Source: Candidatus Latescibacterota bacterium
GTDB taxonomy: Bacteria > Latescibacterota > UBA2968
Direction of reading: 5' to 3'
Assembly: GCA_965222605.1 (NCBI GenBank)
Contig: OZ244960.1
Coordinates: forward strand, 5,088,001-5,152,000
DNA: 64,000 nt
Below, in pieces: positions 18,424-27,422 of this stretch. Each line of letters opens with the position of its first letter. Position 1 is the stretch's first letter. Made by a program: the position numbers and the translations under genes. The notes under the pieces were generated by a model that worked only from the letters and a program-made list of their open reading frames with translations, was not told where the DNA came from and did not search any database.

Positions 18424-21412
18424 GCTGTGAAATCTCCGGATTGGGATTGGTCAACCGCGCCAGATACGTGGTGCGCGGTTTGGTATTTAACTCTGTTAAA
18501 ATGCCGTAATTTCTCTGTTGGGCTTTGAGCTTGGCCACGCGGCTATTGGGGTCTTTGATATCGCCAAACACAATGGCATCTGTAGGACACGCACCCTGAC
18601 AGGCGGTTGTAATATCGCCCTCTTTCAATTCGCGGTCCTCGACCTTAGCCTCAATTCGCGCAGCACTAATGCGCTGCACACAATAGGTACATTTTTCCAT
18701 TACACCGCGACCGCGCACCGTCACATTGGGATTGCGCTGTAATTTGAAACTCTGTGTTTCTTCGTCGGTATAGTGGAGGAAATTGAAGCGCCGCACCTTA
18801 TAGGGGCAGTTATTCGAACAATACCGCGTGCCCACACAGCGGTTATAGGCCATATCGTTCAATCCCTCTGCGCTGTGTACGGTCGCGCCAACGGGACAGA
18901 CCAGTTCACACGGTGCATTCTCGCACTGCATACAGGGTACTGGCTGGTTATAAAGTTCGGGATTGTCCAGATCGCCTTTGTAGTAGCGGTCGATGCGAAT
19001 CCAGTGCATTTCGCGTCCGTTGAGCACCTGATCTTTGCCCACCACCGGGATATTATTTTCCGACTGACAGGCGACTGTGCAGGCATTGCAACCACTGCAC
19101 GAATTCAGGTCAATTGCCATGCCCCAGGCTATGCCATCGTTGTCGTGAATCCCATCAAAAAAGTTTGCATCGGGACCGGGATCGTGCCCCATTTCGTGTA
19201 CAAAATGCGGATGTTTTTCGTATTCATCGACTGTGCCAGATCGCACCAGCGCGCGGCCTTCCATACTGTGGTGATCCTGTGTGCAGGCCAGGGGATACGT
19301 CTGCCCCGTTTTTGTCATTGACGCGCCCAACGCAAACCAGGGCGAATCAGATGTCTGAAGTGCGTAAGCATTAAAGCCAACGCCATTACCCACGCGCCCG
19401 GCAGCGGTGCGTCCAAACCCGAGATGTACAGTAACGGCATTTGCGGGGTGCCCAGGTGCGATCCAAACAGGTGCTTCCACCGAGCGATTATTCGCGCTTA
19501 ACACGACCACATCGCCATTTTGAAGCCCCATCATCTCGGCAGTTGCCGGCGCGATCAAAGCTGCATTATCCCAGGTAAGGCGCGTATGGGGTTTGGGCAA
19601 TTCTTGCAACCAGCCATTATTGGCATATCGCCCATCGCCAATTGTGGGATCCAACCGGAAGTTCACTTCGAGACCCTCACGCACCTGCGATGGTGTGCCG
19701 TAATTTTCGGTTAAGCTCACAGAACGCTCGGGCAAAGCCGTATCGGGAACCAATCCGTCGTGCAAATAGGTTTGCCAGGTTGTTTCAAATTCGCTGCCTT
19801 TGTACTGTTCTCTCCAATATTCTTTGACCCGATCGTAATCCGTGCGTCCATCCCCCAGCATCATAGCCACCAGTTCCGCGGCGGACTTGCCACCATAGAG
19901 CGGCTCGATCAATGGCTGGACAATAGACACGGTGCCATCAAAAGCGCGTGTATCGCCCCAGGCTTCTAATGCGTGTGCTTCGGGCAAATGCCAGTGAGAC
20001 AATCGCGCGGTTTCATTTTGGGATTGGCCCAGATGGATGCGCGTTGTCACCATCTGGTAAGCTGCGGCAAAATTGAGATCTGCTGGCGCATTATAGACGG
20101 GATTGCCACCCAAAACCACCAGCAGTGAAACCCTGCCTTCTGACATATCAACAGATAAATCTTTGAGGGAAGCGTACTGATTGGTCGGCTCGGCTTCTAC
20201 TGGATCTGTGTACGTCACGGTCTTGCCCACATTGCCCAACGCATTGTTGATGGCGTGTGCAAGCGCGTGAACAGCAGGCGGTTGATGATCGCCGGCGATC
20301 ACCAGCGATGCGCCGCGGTGTGCTGTCAAATCTTTAACCAGGGCATTGAGCCAGGTATCGTGCCCGGCACTATCGCCACCCGTCGCGTTTATTTCCAGTG
20401 CCGTAGCTACTGCTCGCGCAAATCCCTCGACCTGACTGGCTTTCAATGGCAGGCGATGATCGGCAAAAGACCCCGTGTTGGATGGGGTGGATTCAACGAC
20501 GTAGATTCGGTTCATATCGGCTTTTTGACCGTCGATGACCTGGCGGCCCAGAGCAACGTGCCGAGCGTGTCGAACACTTGCCGCGCCGCTATCCATAAAA
20601 TCGGCGTCTAAAGACAAGATGCGTTTGGCATCTTCGAAATGATACTGCGTTTCGACCACTTCGCCAAAAGCCATTCTGGCACCTTCGCGCACGTTGTCGC
20701 GTGTACCAGGCTCAAATTGATGCCACCTTGCATTGGGATATTTTTCTAATAGTGCGCGGGTCTGGCTGATCAAAACCGGAGAAGTCACCGTTTCTGTCAA
20801 CAGACGCAACCCTTCTCCCTGGTCTAAATCGAGTTTTGCCACTTCGGTCGCAAGTGTAGCAGAAAATCTCGACCATGTACTCGCACGCCCGTTTGCCACG
20901 GGTACCTGCGTGCGGTCCGGGTCATAGAGGTCGAGTATTTGAGCCTGTGTAATTGCATCTGTGGGACCAAAAGTCGCATTGCCCGATCGGGGTGTTGCAG
21001 GATGTGAGGGATTGCCCTCTATTTTGGTTGGACGCCCAGCATGACTTTCGACCAATACGCCCCGGGCGAATCCGCCTTGAGAGAGAGCCGAAGCAAAAAA
21101 CAGGGGTTTGCCGGGTACGATCTGTTCGGGCGCACGGACATAGGGTACGATTTTTTCTGGCGGCTGGCGCGTACACGAAGTCAAACCGGCAAAAGCCAGA
21201 GACGCCCCCATCACCTGTAAAAATTTTCGGCGACCGACTTTATCGTCCCATTCGGAAGCCCCTTCGGGAAATTCGCGGTGCAAATAGTTGCGAAATTCTT
21301 CCGTATCGGCCAATTCATTCAGGCTGCGCCAATAATCCTGCCCCTCGCGTGTAGCCAAGCGTTTTCGAATCGCAGAGAGGTCCAAACCGTCTTTATGTGC
21401 TGTGCGTATCAT
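18416..21412 (-). CDS. actB: Alternative complex III subunit B (molybdopterin-oxidoreductase-like domain plus Fe-S domain)
   Basis: 'YWRSLNEL', Tat/lipoprotein signal 'RRKFLQVMGASLAFAGLTSC', 'GRPTKIEGNP'. Fe-S motifs CSGCNACTVAC, CMQCENAPCELVC, CVGTRYCSNNC, CTYC...CQGAC. ATGA overlap with actA. Confidence 0.95.
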   Translation of the reverse strand: MIRTAHKDGLDLSAIRKRLATREGQDYWRSLNELADTEEFRNYLHREFPEGASEWDDKVGRRKFLQVMGASLAFAGLTSCTRQPPEKIVPYVRAPEQIVPGKPLFFASALSQGGFARGVLVESHAGRPTKIEGNPSHPATPRSGNATFGPTDAITQAQILDLYDPDRTQVPVANGRASTWSRFSATLATEVAKLDLDQGEGLRLLTETVTSPVLISQTRALLEKYPNARWHQFEPGTRDNVREGARMAFGEVVETQYHFEDAKRILSLDADFMDSGAASVRHARHVALGRQVIDGQKADMNRIYVVESTPSNTGSFADHRLPLKASQVEGFARAVATALEINATGGDSAGHDTWLNALVKDLTAHRGASLVIAGDHQPPAVHALAHAINNALGNVGKTVTYTDPVEAEPTNQYASLKDLSVDMSEGRVSLLVVLGGNPVYNAPADLNFAAAYQMVTTRIHLGQSQNETARLSHWHLPEAHALEAWGDTRAFDGTVSIVQPLIEPLYGGKSAAELVAMMLGDGRTDYDRVKEYWREQYKGSEFETTWQTYLHDGLVPDTALPERSVSLTENYGTPSQVREGLEVNFRLDPTIGDGRYANNGWLQELPKPHTRLTWDNAALIAPATAEMMGLQNGDVVVLSANNRSVEAPVWIAPGHPANAVTVHLGFGRTAAGRVGNGVGFNAYALQTSDSPWFALGASMTKTGQTYPLACTQDHHSMEGRALVRSGTVDEYEKHPHFVHEMGHDPGPDANFFDGIHDNDGIAWGMAIDLNSCSGCNACTVACQSENNIPVVGKDQVLNGREMHWIRIDRYYKGDLDNPELYNQPVPCMQCENAPCELVCPVGATVHSAEGLNDMAYNRCVGTRYCSNNCPYKVRRFNFLHYTDEETQSFKLQRNPNVTVRGRGVMEKCTYCVQRISAARIEAKVEDRELKEGDITTACQGACPTDAIVFGDIKDPNSRVAKLKAQQRNYGILTELNTKPRTTYLARLTNPNPEISQHG

Positions 21413-22077
21413 CGATGACATGTCGAGCAATCCGTGGAAGGGTTAATATCGTAGTCTCGAACCAGTTGTGTGCCCAGCATGGCTTGCGATACCGCATGTC
21501 CGCGTTCATCCATTGGTTTCCATGCCATATTGAAAACTTCTTCGCGGGGACGCACATATTTTTCGGGTGCCCGGTGACATTCCAGACACCATTCCATATT
21601 GAGGGTGTTCACTTTCCACATCAGCGGCATTTGATCGACCTGCCCGTGACAGGTTTGACATCCGATGCCTTTGTGGACGTGAATACTATGATTGAAATAG
21701 ACAAAATCGGGGAGATCGTGTACGCGAACCCACTCTATGGGATTCCCCGTGCGATAACTTTCGCGGATGGGTTCGAGAAGGGGGCTTTCCGTCCAAATCT
21801 GAGAATGACAGGTCATGCAGGTTTCAACAGGAGGGATATTGGCGAAAGAAGATTCTTCAACAGAGGTATGACAATAGCGACAATCGAGGCCCACGCCGGT
21901 CACGTGGTGTTTGTGACTGAAGGGTACGGGCTGTTTTCTTGCGACCAGGACATCGGTTGTGTAGTGCAATCGGTTGGTGTTGAGCAGAATGGTGAGGCCC
22001 GTTCCAACAACAACCAGAACCACGACAATACTGATTCTGGCAAACGCGTCACTGCCACGCGGAAAAAGCTGCGCCAT
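21409..22077 (-). CDS. actA: Alternative complex III subunit A, pentaheme cytochrome c
   Basis: N-terminal TM, 'QPVPFSHKHH', five CxxCH (CRYCH, CMTCH, CQTCH, CLECH, CSTCH). Confidence 0.95.
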   Translation of the reverse strand: MAQLFPRGSDAFARISIVVVLVVVGTGLTILLNTNRLHYTTDVLVARKQPVPFSHKHHVTGVGLDCRYCHTSVEESSFANIPPVETCMTCHSQIWTESPLLEPIRESYRTGNPIEWVRVHDLPDFVYFNHSIHVHKGIGCQTCHGQVDQMPLMWKVNTLNMEWCLECHRAPEKYVRPREEVFNMAWKPMDERGHAVSQAMLGTQLVRDYDINPSTDCSTCHR

Positions 22078-22138
22078 TTATGAATCCTGTGAAGTGAGAT
22101 GAGACAAAATGCGATCGGGTCGAGCCTACGAAAAGCTT

Positions 22139-22167
22139 AATATACATGAATCTACATGCGAGTCAAG
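22139..22167 (-). promoter_or_regulatory. Putative sigma70 promoter of the act/cta operon (copy 1 of a repeated 26-mer)
   Basis: Minus strand TTGACT-16 nt-TATATT, about 60 nt upstream of actA. Confidence 0.6.
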
Positions 22168-22243
22168 TAATAAGTTTTGCTCATATTTAAACTGTACATT
22201 ATTATCTACTTTGTTTGGCATACAAAACACAATCGCTTTTTAA

Positions 22244-23368
22244 TTATGAGTGTCTGCCATACAAATGTTCTACATCGCGCCGATTGCCGCATGTGGGTAG
22301 TTCGGCAATGTATTGGTAGTCAGGTTCACGCGCCTGTCTGTCCAAAATTTTAGCAATCTGTTTCCACGTTTCGCGCAAGCCGCGGGGGCAGTGGGGCATC
22401 TCGTGTTTGATCAGCCTGTGTAGCCGACCGAGCTTGTAGCACGGAACCGCAGCGTACATGTGGTGTTCGGTGTGGTAGTTCATATGCCAGTAGAGAAATT
22501 GGAGCAGGGGATTGAGGTAGATCGTGCGGCAGCAGAGACGAAAATCCGGCACCTTGTCTTGCAGGCCAACGTGCTGTGCATTGTTGCAGAGAAAGTGCAA
22601 CCACGACCCGAACATTTTCGGAAATGTGATGACCAGCGGAACAATCCAGTACCCATACGCCAAAGATATACCCGCGATCAAGAGGTGGCCGATGAGCAAG
22701 GTGCGCTCCCATCTGGTGTAGGCGCGACACCGCTCTGGATCGCTTTCGGGAAAGAGCATTCCAATCCAGGAATTTTCCCTGTTGATATAGCCGGTAAAGT
22801 TTCGAAACCTCTCTTTGAGCAGTGTGTAGGGATACTTGTGGTTTACAATGGCTCGCTTCCACAGACCTTTGAGGTCGATTTTTTGAGGGAGTACGACTTC
22901 TTGATCGTCAGGTGCATGCAGGGCGTATTTGTGGTGCTCGGTATGGCTGGCCCAGAATAGATGGTGGTTGTACCAGCCGAGGAAGGATAAAATGCGGAGG
23001 AAGAAGCGATTGAGCCATCGAGTCTTGAAGACCGAATCGTGTACCAGTTCGTGAAAGCCGTTGACCAGAAAATGCCAGAAGTGCCCGTTGATGAAGACCA
23101 GTAGCGCAGTGATATACCAGGGCCAGTGACGCGATGAGTAAATGGCCGCTCCAGCAGAAACCGTTAGCACGCTTAGAAAACCGAGTGTCTGAGCAAAGCC
23201 GAGGAAATCACTTCGCTTGTTGAATTCGCGCAATGTCTCGCGGGTGACGCGGCAGCGATACCATTTGATGCGCGTTTTTTTGGGCGGAGTGTTGTATTTT
23301 GGCCCTTCTGTCAATACGTCTCGATCAGAGAGCGCGTTCTGGCTTGCGTTTTCAGTTTGTGTGTTCAT
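22244..23368 (-). CDS. Membrane fatty acid desaturase superfamily protein
   Basis: His boxes HELVH, HTEHH and NYHTEHH, plus TM segments. Confidence 0.88.
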   Translation of the reverse strand: MNTQTENASQNALSDRDVLTEGPKYNTPPKKTRIKWYRCRVTRETLREFNKRSDFLGFAQTLGFLSVLTVSAGAAIYSSRHWPWYITALLVFINGHFWHFLVNGFHELVHDSVFKTRWLNRFFLRILSFLGWYNHHLFWASHTEHHKYALHAPDDQEVVLPQKIDLKGLWKRAIVNHKYPYTLLKERFRNFTGYINRENSWIGMLFPESDPERCRAYTRWERTLLIGHLLIAGISLAYGYWIVPLVITFPKMFGSWLHFLCNNAQHVGLQDKVPDFRLCCRTIYLNPLLQFLYWHMNYHTEHHMYAAVPCYKLGRLHRLIKHEMPHCPRGLRETWKQIAKILDRQAREPDYQYIAELPTCGNRRDVEHLYGRHS

Positions 23369-23407
23369 GTCGATGATTCGCCTGTTTAAAGCTTAAGATC
23401 AACGACC

Positions 23408-23436
23408 AAGATACGCGAATCTATGTGCGAGTCAAG
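23408..23436 (-). promoter_or_regulatory. Putative sigma70 promoter of the desaturase (copy 2 of the repeated 26-mer)
   Basis: Minus strand TTGACT-16 nt-TATCTT. 23411-23436 is 22/26 identical to 22142-22167. Confidence 0.6.
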
Positions 23437-23509
23437 CTCGTTCTGTGAACCGATCCCCGCACATACGCACGTCGCAGTCATATCCCAGATAAACGGCCAT
23501 GGGTTCCCC

Positions 23510-23538
23510 TTGCTTTGGAAAAATGAAACGGCTATTAT
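23510..23538 (+). promoter_or_regulatory. Putative sigma70 promoter
   Basis: TTGCTT-17 nt-TATTAT, then RBS GGAGGAG and ATG 23581. Confidence 0.6.
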
Positions 23539-23580
23539 GGACCACCCCACTGCGAATGTAGAGAATGGAGGAGTACAGCA

Positions 23581-24972
23581 ATGAATTCACCAGATCCACT
23601 TATTGCATCCAACCACCGCCAACTCTTTGTCGATAAGCACTTTATCGACAGCCTCGAACAGGTGCATATTCATCAGCACGCGCCCATCCCACGCGAAACG
23701 TGTCTCAGCCTCAATCGCCCCTGGGAAGGTGAAACGAGTTGGTGTCCTGTTGTTATCAAAGATGGCGATAGATATAGAATGTGGTACCGATCTCAAGATG
23801 AGCAACAAGACACGGGTGGTTTTAACCACACGTTCACGGCTTATGCTGAAAGTGAAGACGGTATTTGTTGGCGGCGTCCCAACCTCGGTTTGTTCAACTT
23901 TAATGGTTCAACTGATAACAATATCTGTGTTGACAATCCCAATACCAAAAACATCGCGGTTTTTAAAGATGAACGTCCCTGTGTGCCAGAATCCGAGCGG
24001 TACAAAGCAGCGGGTCGCTGGAGTGGCGGCAAACCCGCTCGCATCTACGGTCTCGTCTCGCCCGATGGCATTCACTGGCAAAATGCAGCAGACGGGCCAC
24101 TTATCGTCGCTTCTGAGGACGATCCCAATTTTGACAGTCCGGTCAGTGCTTTTTGGGATGAACGTCAGGGGTGTTATGTCCTGTACGCACGAGGCTGGTC
24201 TCCCGATGGCAATGAACCGCGAATGCGCGCCATTCGAATGACTACTTCTCGGGATTTCATAAATTGGGACGCTTGGCAATATATCCGCATTGATGGTCAA
24301 ACGCGCTTTGATTATCAACTTTATACCAATGCCGTTCATCCCTACGTACGGGCGCCCTACTACTTCGCGTTTCCCAAACGCTTTATTTCAACGCGCAAAG
24401 CTCTGCCTGGCTGGGGGCACGAAGGTCTTTCCGATGTCCTCTTTCTCGCCAGTAGAGATGGTTTGAATTTCACACAGCCTTATGCCGATGCGTTTATGCG
24501 TCCCGGTCTGGATCAAAACAACTGGCACGAGCGCTCCATTTTCATCGCACCGCACGTTGTCTCTACAGCGCCCGGCGAACTCTCTCTTTATTCTGTGCAA
24601 AATTATCGCACACCCCATGTACACATTCGGCGTTTCACTCTGCGGGAAGATGGGTTTGTCTCTGTTCGCGCTGACGCGAGGACTGGTATTCTTACGACCA
24701 AATCGTTCACTTTCACCGGTACCCAATTGGAAATCAATTATTCTACGAGTATTGCCGGATCGATTCGCATTGCATTGCTCGACGAAGCGGGCGATCCTCT
24801 TCCAAAATTCGCGCTCGACGACTGTCCCCATATTTTCGGTGATGAAATCGCGCGTATTGTTCGTTGGGAAAACGCCAATGCTATCGATATTGCCTCGCAC
24901 CAACCCATCCGTTTGCAATTTGAGCTAACCGAGGCAGACCTTTTTTCTTTTCGATTCTTCAACCCCGATTAA
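23581..24972 (+). CDS. Five-bladed beta-propeller glycoside-hydrolase-like protein with C-terminal beta domain
   Basis: 'RQLFVD', 'RPWEG', 'YRMWY', 'AYAESEDGICW.RP.LG', Asp-box-like S.DG..W/F repeats, 'LREDGFVS', 'DLFSFRF'; no signal peptide. Confidence 0.65.
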   Translation: MNSPDPLIASNHRQLFVDKHFIDSLEQVHIHQHAPIPRETCLSLNRPWEGETSWCPVVIKDGDRYRMWYRSQDEQQDTGGFNHTFTAYAESEDGICWRRPNLGLFNFNGSTDNNICVDNPNTKNIAVFKDERPCVPESERYKAAGRWSGGKPARIYGLVSPDGIHWQNAADGPLIVASEDDPNFDSPVSAFWDERQGCYVLYARGWSPDGNEPRMRAIRMTTSRDFINWDAWQYIRIDGQTRFDYQLYTNAVHPYVRAPYYFAFPKRFISTRKALPGWGHEGLSDVLFLASRDGLNFTQPYADAFMRPGLDQNNWHERSIFIAPHVVSTAPGELSLYSVQNYRTPHVHIRRFTLREDGFVSVRADARTGILTTKSFTFTGTQLEINYSTSIAGSIRIALLDEAGDPLPKFALDDCPHIFGDEIARIVRWENANAIDIASHQPIRLQFELTEADLFSFRFFNPD

Positions 24973-24993
24973 CGCATAAATCCTCGATACGTT

Positions 24994-25020
24994 GGGCGGG
25001 CACAGGGGCACCGCTCCTAC
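24994..25020 (-). repeat. GTAG-family REP-like palindromic element
   Basis: Minus strand GTAGGAGCGGTGCCCCTGTGCCCGCCC: GTAG tetranucleotide plus imperfect GC-rich hairpin, intergenic. Only one copy noticed. Confidence 0.5.
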
Positions 25021-25037
25021 ATTCTGATTTAGCCTTT

Positions 25038-25068
25038 CATCTGTGTCCATCTGTGTCCATCTGTGGTT
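25038..25068. repeat. Short 10-bp tandem repeat
   Basis: CATCTGTGTC CATCTGTGTC CATCTGTGGTT, directly visible upstream of dgoD. Confidence 0.85.
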
Positions 25069-25097
25069 GCTTTTGATTTTTTTTCCGGAGAAATGTC

Positions 25098-26243
25098 ATG
25101 AAAATCGCCAAAATCGAACAATTCTTTCCCCGTAGGAGAATGCGCTTGATTAAAATTACGACCGATACCGGTATTGTCGGCTGGGGGGAAACTACTCTTG
25201 AGGGCAAACCCAAAAGCACATGGGCCGCCGTAGAAGAACTGGCCGATTACCTCATTGGGAAAGATCCCCTGCGGATTGAGCACCACTGGCAACATATTTA
25301 CCGATCTGCTTTTTATCGCGGGGGCAATGTGCTTATGACGGCTCTTTCGGGTATTGACCAGGCGCTTTGGGATATTGCTGGTAAGTACTTTAATGTGCCG
25401 ACCTATCAGCTTCTCGGGGGACCGGTGCGCGACCGCATTCGCGTCTATGCCCATTGGGGGATTCGCGACAGTTCAGAACGCGGCCTGGACTCTGCGCGCG
25501 AGCGTCTCGAAATGCTGCAAAAAAAGGGTGGGTACAAAGCTTTTAAATCGGGACCCGGTGGCAAGTGGCGCGCCCACGAACCTCCCGCGGTGATCGATCA
25601 CTTTGTCAAATGTGCCTACACCATGCGCGAGTGGGTTGGCGATGATTGCGAACTCTGTTTTGATTTTCACGGCAAGATGACGCCCGCACTCGCCGTGGAA
25701 ATCTGCCACGAGATCAAAGGTATGCGTCCCATGTTTGTCGAAGAACCCGTGCCACAAGAAAATGTCGATGCGCTCAAACACGTTTCCGACCATGTACCTT
25801 TTCCCATTGCCACGGGCGAACGCCTGCTTTCGCGCTGGGAGTTTCGCACTGTTTTTGAAAAAAATGCCGTTGCCTATATCCAGCCTGACGGATCGCATGC
25901 AGGCGGTATTTCCGAACTCAAACGCATTGCGAACATGGCCGAAGTGTATTACGTGCACATCATGCCGCACTGTGCCATTGGGCCGGTTGCTTTTTCCGCA
26001 TGTATGCAGGTTGATGCCGCTGTGCCCAATTTTCTCATTCAAGAGCAAGTCGATGCGGGCCTGGGTGAGGATCTCTTACAAGCCCCCTGGGTTGTCAAAG
26101 ATGGACATATTGACTTGCCCACCAGGCCTGGCCTGGGCTTTGACCTTATACCCAAAGAAGCCGAACAAAATATCGGGGTGTACGAAGAAGAACTCGGCGG
26201 GGAATACTTTTACGAAAACGATGGCAGTGTTGCGGATTGGTAA
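25098..26243 (+). CDS. dgoD: Galactonate dehydratase-like enzyme (mandelate racemase subgroup, enolase superfamily)
   Basis: 'ITTDTGIVGWGE', 'IEHHWQHIYRSAFYRGG', 'SGIDQALWDI.GK', 'DFHGK', 'FVEEP', 'ATGERL', C-terminal 'DGSVADW'. Confidence 0.85.
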   Translation: MKIAKIEQFFPRRRMRLIKITTDTGIVGWGETTLEGKPKSTWAAVEELADYLIGKDPLRIEHHWQHIYRSAFYRGGNVLMTALSGIDQALWDIAGKYFNVPTYQLLGGPVRDRIRVYAHWGIRDSSERGLDSARERLEMLQKKGGYKAFKSGPGGKWRAHEPPAVIDHFVKCAYTMREWVGDDCELCFDFHGKMTPALAVEICHEIKGMRPMFVEEPVPQENVDALKHVSDHVPFPIATGERLLSRWEFRTVFEKNAVAYIQPDGSHAGGISELKRIANMAEVYYVHIMPHCAIGPVAFSACMQVDAAVPNFLIQEQVDAGLGEDLLQAPWVVKDGHIDLPTRPGLGFDLIPKEAEQNIGVYEEELGGEYFYENDGSVADW

Positions 26244-26246
26244 TAT

Positions 26247-27155
26247 ATGAACGAAATAACAGAACAACCTGACAAAATGGGCAAGTCGTTTCTCGATCTC
26301 GTCAAACGGGGTGAAACGCGCTGGATACGATATATTTTAACACTGCTGATTATTATTGCCATCTGGACTTTTGGCAGTGGCGCGGTTCTGTTCGGTGTTT
26401 ATGGCTCTGAACCCGAAGGTTTTCCCATGGATGGCACAAATCCTTTTCTGGATTTCATTGCCCTCAACTTGCTCTTTGTCACGGTGCTGATCGGCCTGTG
26501 GATTGGCATTCGCAACGCACACAAACGCTCTTTACGCACGCTGATTACGCCACGCGACCGCATCCGCTGGGGGCGCATATTTCAGGGCTTTGGTTTGCAA
26601 ATGGGCCTGGGTATTGTCTTTGCAGCTATTGACGCTCTGCTCTTTCCCGATAACTACACTTATACTCTGGACCCCGAACGTTTTTACAAATTCGTCCTTC
26701 TCGTCCTTCTTCTCACTCCCTTCCAGACTACTACCGAAGAATTGCTCACGCGCAGTTACTTTTTGCAAATGCTCGGTCACTTCACGCGACATCCCATTGT
26801 CCTCGTTATTCTCAATGCCCTGCCCTTTGCCTTGTTCCATTTGATGAATCCCGAGATCGCAGCGTATGGCGTAATGCCCATGTTGATCTCCTACTTTGTC
26901 GTCGGTGCATTTCTCTCCTTCGTCACGCTCAAAGATAACGGAGCAGAACTCGCCATTGGTATTCATGCCGCGAATAACATGTTTGCAGCGGTCCTCGTCA
27001 ATTACAAAGGCTCCGCGCTATCCACCAATGCCATCTTTACGATAAGTGAGGTCAATGTTTGGTCAGGCACGGTTGCTTACATCGTCTCCGCAGCCATTAT
27101 GTATCGGATATTGTTCCGCAATCACAAATCTGAACCAGTCATCGCTTTTCAGTAG
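26247..27155 (+). CDS. CPBP (CAAX/Abi) family intramembrane metalloprotease
   Basis: 'QTTTEELLTRSY', 'FALFH', 'AIGIHAANN'. Confidence 0.9.
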   Translation: MNEITEQPDKMGKSFLDLVKRGETRWIRYILTLLIIIAIWTFGSGAVLFGVYGSEPEGFPMDGTNPFLDFIALNLLFVTVLIGLWIGIRNAHKRSLRTLITPRDRIRWGRIFQGFGLQMGLGIVFAAIDALLFPDNYTYTLDPERFYKFVLLVLLLTPFQTTTEELLTRSYFLQMLGHFTRHPIVLVILNALPFALFHLMNPEIAAYGVMPMLISYFVVGAFLSFVTLKDNGAELAIGIHAANNMFAAVLVNYKGSALSTNAIFTISEVNVWSGTVAYIVSAAIMYRILFRNHKSEPVIAFQ

Positions 27156-27171
27156 ATTCAGGTTTTAAATG

Positions 27172-27222
27172 AAAAAGACAAATGGGAGATATGGCTTTTA
27201 GCCGTGTCTCCCATTTGTTTAT
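27172..27222 (+). terminator. Long hairpin, probable terminator
   Basis: 19-bp stem ACAAATGGGAGATATGGCT-TTT-AGCCGTGTCTCCCATTTGT with two G.U pairs on the plus strand, A-rich 5' flank, about 20 nt after the CPBP stop. Confidence 0.7.
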
Positions 27223-27334
27223 CCAGCGATGAGAAAAGGCCAATAACGTGTCCAGTTTTCAGATACTCATCAGCGCAGCTTTGCGAGGATCGGATTCGAC
27301 AGGGTGAAGCTTGGGAAATGCCTCGGATTATAAC

Positions 27335-27363
27335 TTGCACCATCATCGCATTCATAATAAATT
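27335..27363 (+). promoter_or_regulatory. Putative sigma70 promoter of the TBDR locus
   Basis: TTGCAC-17 nt-TAAATT in an AT-rich spacer; RBS AAGGAGG before ATG 27423. Confidence 0.5.
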
Positions 27364-27422
27364 AGGGAAGATACAATAAGTGCGATTCATCCTGATTATA
27401 CCACAGCCGAAAGGAGGCGTTT

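Noticed and set aside
21397-22083. 228-aa plus-strand ORF
   Set aside because: Antisense shadow of actA with no motifs.
25038-25068. Possible CRISPR array
   Set aside because: Only three adjacent 10-bp units with no spacers and no cas genes.
26247-27155. CPBP/Abi protease as a RiPP-immunity or phage-defence gene
   Set aside because: No precursor peptide, modification enzyme or defence gene nearby; separated from the TBDR locus by a terminator.
27285-27310. GGATTCGACAGGG resembling the tmRNA 5' end, or a riboswitch upstream of the TBDR locus
   Set aside because: No GGGG acceptor stem, no matching 3' tRNA-like end, not enough space, and no cobalamin/TPP riboswitch core motifs seen. An Infernal/Rfam scan would settle it.
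27158-27355. 65-aa minus-strand ORF in the spacer before the TBDR locus
   Set aside because: Overlaps the terminator hairpin and promoter; no RBS or recognisable motif.
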